Origin: Amoebophrya sp. A120
Lineage: Eukaryota > Protista > Dinoflagellata
NCBI GenBank assembly: GCA_905178155.1
Contig: CAJINV010000006.1
Coordinates: 2,644,658 to 2,708,657 of the forward strand
Direction of reading: 5' to 3'
DNA: 64,000 bases
Part shown: positions 61,884 to 64,000 of the stretch, one piece after another
How positions within the stretch are numbered: the first letter of the stretch is position 1
Layout of the letters: the number at the start of each line of letters is the position of its first letter
Made by a program: the position numbers and the translations under genes
The notes under the pieces: model-generated
Told to the model about the DNA's origin: nothing
Database searches by the model: none
Seen by the model: the letters and a program-made list of their open reading frames with translations, nothing else

Positions 61884-64000
61884 ATGCCGGACGAGGCGGA
61901 GGGAGCAGACCCTGGCAGCAAGCTATCCAATGCAAATACTATATGTCTGGGTCTGGAAAGAACTTGTGATGCAAATCTGTGAATGGCAGGTCGTGCACTG
62001 CAGTGCGCAGCCAAGGATGACAAGTTTATGACGCGCTAGGTGTTTCGTCGTTTTCCGCATAGCAAACTGCGTTCTTTTTGCCTGACAGGCAAGGGACCCT
62101 TTTATTCCTGCTCACACAACACAGGTTTAAGACTCATGCCAGACAAGCATGACAAACTTGCATTCTTCCAGACATGATCCAGGGATATTTGCAATGCATA
62201 CAAGCCAGCAGGGGACGATCAAGCGGAGCCGGCATCCCCAGAGAAAAAGTCGAAGAAAGAGAAGAAGGAGAATATCCTATAGCAAAAACGTCCCCATGAT
62301 TCCAGAGTTCTCATGCAGATTTGCAATTTTACAGGAATTATGCTTGTAATGCGCACTTGCACGCGAATTTGTGTCCGATCGTGCTTTGGAATGATTTGTA
62401 AAGCTGTAAAAAAACAGGAGAAGGGGATAGATTGATTTGTGACGCGGGTCGTCGTGTCCTTGCTAAAAGTTGTAACCTGCAGCTGCACTACAATACAGAG
62501 GGAACAAGCTTGGCAACATGCGTGACTCCTAAAACTTCTGGATTTGTCCTTATTTTTGCAGAGTTCTTTCTTCCCACTTATTGACTTTCGTGGGGACGTT
62601 TTTACACAGGATAGGGAAAAAATCGAAGGAAAAATCGCCCGACAAGGACGAGGGAGAGAAGGAAAAGAAAGAGAAAAAGATATCCTACGTAAAAACGTCC
62701 CCGCGGTATGGTCAAGATGGGAAATCTGCAACACAAATCTCCAAGTTTTGGGAGTTCTGCATGACAAGTTTCCGTCTGCAGTGGAGTGCTGGTCAGAAAG
62801 GAAAGCCGCATGAGAAAGCCATTTACTCATGATGTCTACAGCATTACAAGTTCCAAAACACGACTGGAAATGCCTCTCAAGGAGATGCGCATTACAAACG
62901 TTTTCAGCATGACAACTCTGGGGTCGTGGGGACGCTTTTACACAGGATAAAAGAAAAAATCGAAAGAGAAAAAATCAAAAAACGACGACGAAAAAGAGTC
63001 CGCGAGAAGTCCCAAGCCCGACGAGGGCGAAACCAAGCCGGGCGAGGAAGCTCCTGCTACGGCACCAGATGGGGTCCAACAAGTAGAGGCGGAAGCGAAA
63101 GCCACAGAGGGTGAAGTAGATGCGGAGCAGAACAACCCAACAGCTGGAGATGAGGGCAAAGGGGAAGGCGAAGCGGCAGTAGGAGACGGGGAGGAGGCCT
63201 CTGGAAGCAAGGAGCCAGGACCAGAGACAAATGCACCAGACGGAGAGCAGGACGAGAAGCCGGCCGGAGAGGACGGGGAACCAGCAACAGGAGAACAGGG
63301 AGCAGCAAAAACAGCACCAGACGAGCAAGCAGAATCCTCTGCCCTGGCTGCACCGGCGGAGCCAACAGTGACGAAAATAGAAAACGACGACGAAAAGGAG
63401 ATGGTGGTCAATGTGTCCCTACCCGGGGAGGGGGATATCCAAGAAAAAAACTGTGTTAGTGTAACTATTTTTGGCTGACAGCGTCACAAATTCGCTCTAC
63501 ATTACAGAGAAAACCTGTCATGCGTGGTTTGTAAGGGAAAACACACATGAAAAGAGGACTGCGTGGCTGTCTGGCATGACAGGCGTAACTCTGTTGCGTG
63601 TTCGGCGTCACAGATTTACACTTACACAGTTTTTTTCTTGCGATAGGTGAGGACGGCGGAATAATAAACCAGCAGACCACATTCAACGCCAGCAATAAGT
63701 CCCTCGACCTTGCGCAGCAGCAGAACCAAGTGCAAAACATCATTTCCACACTGCAGGACGCGATCCAGCAGCTAACCGAGGGCACGCATCTAGTCGACAA
63801 TATCGAATGCAAATACGATTGGGTCCGGATTTGTGATGCGAAATTTGAAGGATAGCGAGCATTTGTGATGCATGAATACGATTGGGCAGAAGTCTTTTTG
63901 TCATGCTGTGAAATAACTCAGTTTGTCATGCAAAACACGGTAGAAACCTCAATACCAATGGAAAAATTTGTGATGCGCAGATGCCGTACAAAACATCGCT
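61884..64000 (+). CDS. Lys/Glu-rich low-complexity protein, 5' part (runs off the window)
   Basis: Elements at 61924-62200, 62273-62613, 62681-62949, 63436-63645 and 63801-end. The joined frame MPDEAEGADPGSK|PAGDDQAEPASPEKKSKKEKKE|KKSKEKSPDK..EG|EDGGIINQQTTFNASNKSLDLAQQQNQVQNIISTLQDAIQQL is open. Confidence 0.7.

Noticed and set aside
99-63855. Hundreds of 60-200 aa ORFs with recurring peptides (FQTQTFLHLI, KCKNVWVWK, PDPDIFA)
   Set aside because: These are translations of the element TIRs, not a protein repeat family.
151-64000. Genes as transposon-riddled pseudogenes
   Set aside because: Joined exons show no stops or frameshifts where resolved, and catalytic motifs are intact.
476-64000. 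Ciliate-type TA-bounded IES elimination
   Set aside because: The boundaries are variable 5-bp repeats, TAA/TAG act as stops, and end decay depends on transcript strand. It is not formally excluded without read data.

Overview
Eukaryotic genomic DNA, most likely from a parasitic dinoflagellate of the Amoebophrya type. That assignment is an inference from intron architecture only. The ORF track looks fragmentary because almost every gene is interrupted by short elements (mostly 150-330 bp). I traced about 90 of them by eye. Each has long terminal inverted repeats (TIRs) beginning TAT and ending ATA, is flanked by a 5-bp direct repeat, and usually lacks GT-AG. Removing each element plus 5 nt restores continuous, recognisable proteins: a C5orf34-like protein, an RBBP9-like hydrolase, a DUF273 glycosyltransferase-like protein, an RBM25-like splicing factor, a purple-acid-phosphatase-type metallophosphoesterase, a large Cys-rich lectin-domain membrane protein and a small membrane protein. 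The elements therefore behave as transposon-derived non-canonical hairpin introns (introners). At least 8 TIR families share one internal nonamer. The sequence suggests a splice register of N-TAT...ATA-NNNN, strand-specific (RNA-level) selection on the ends, and gradual conversion to GT-AG introns. An 8-kb tyrosine-recombinase (YR) retrotransposon at 12174-20178 has an unusual YR-gag-pol order and A-B-A-[ORFs]-B split repeats. It carries its own introns, one of which is a hairpin intron that must be removed to supply the recombinase catalytic tyrosine. A Helitron-like insert and a nested element lie inside introns. All calls are by eye; no database searches or RNA data were available.
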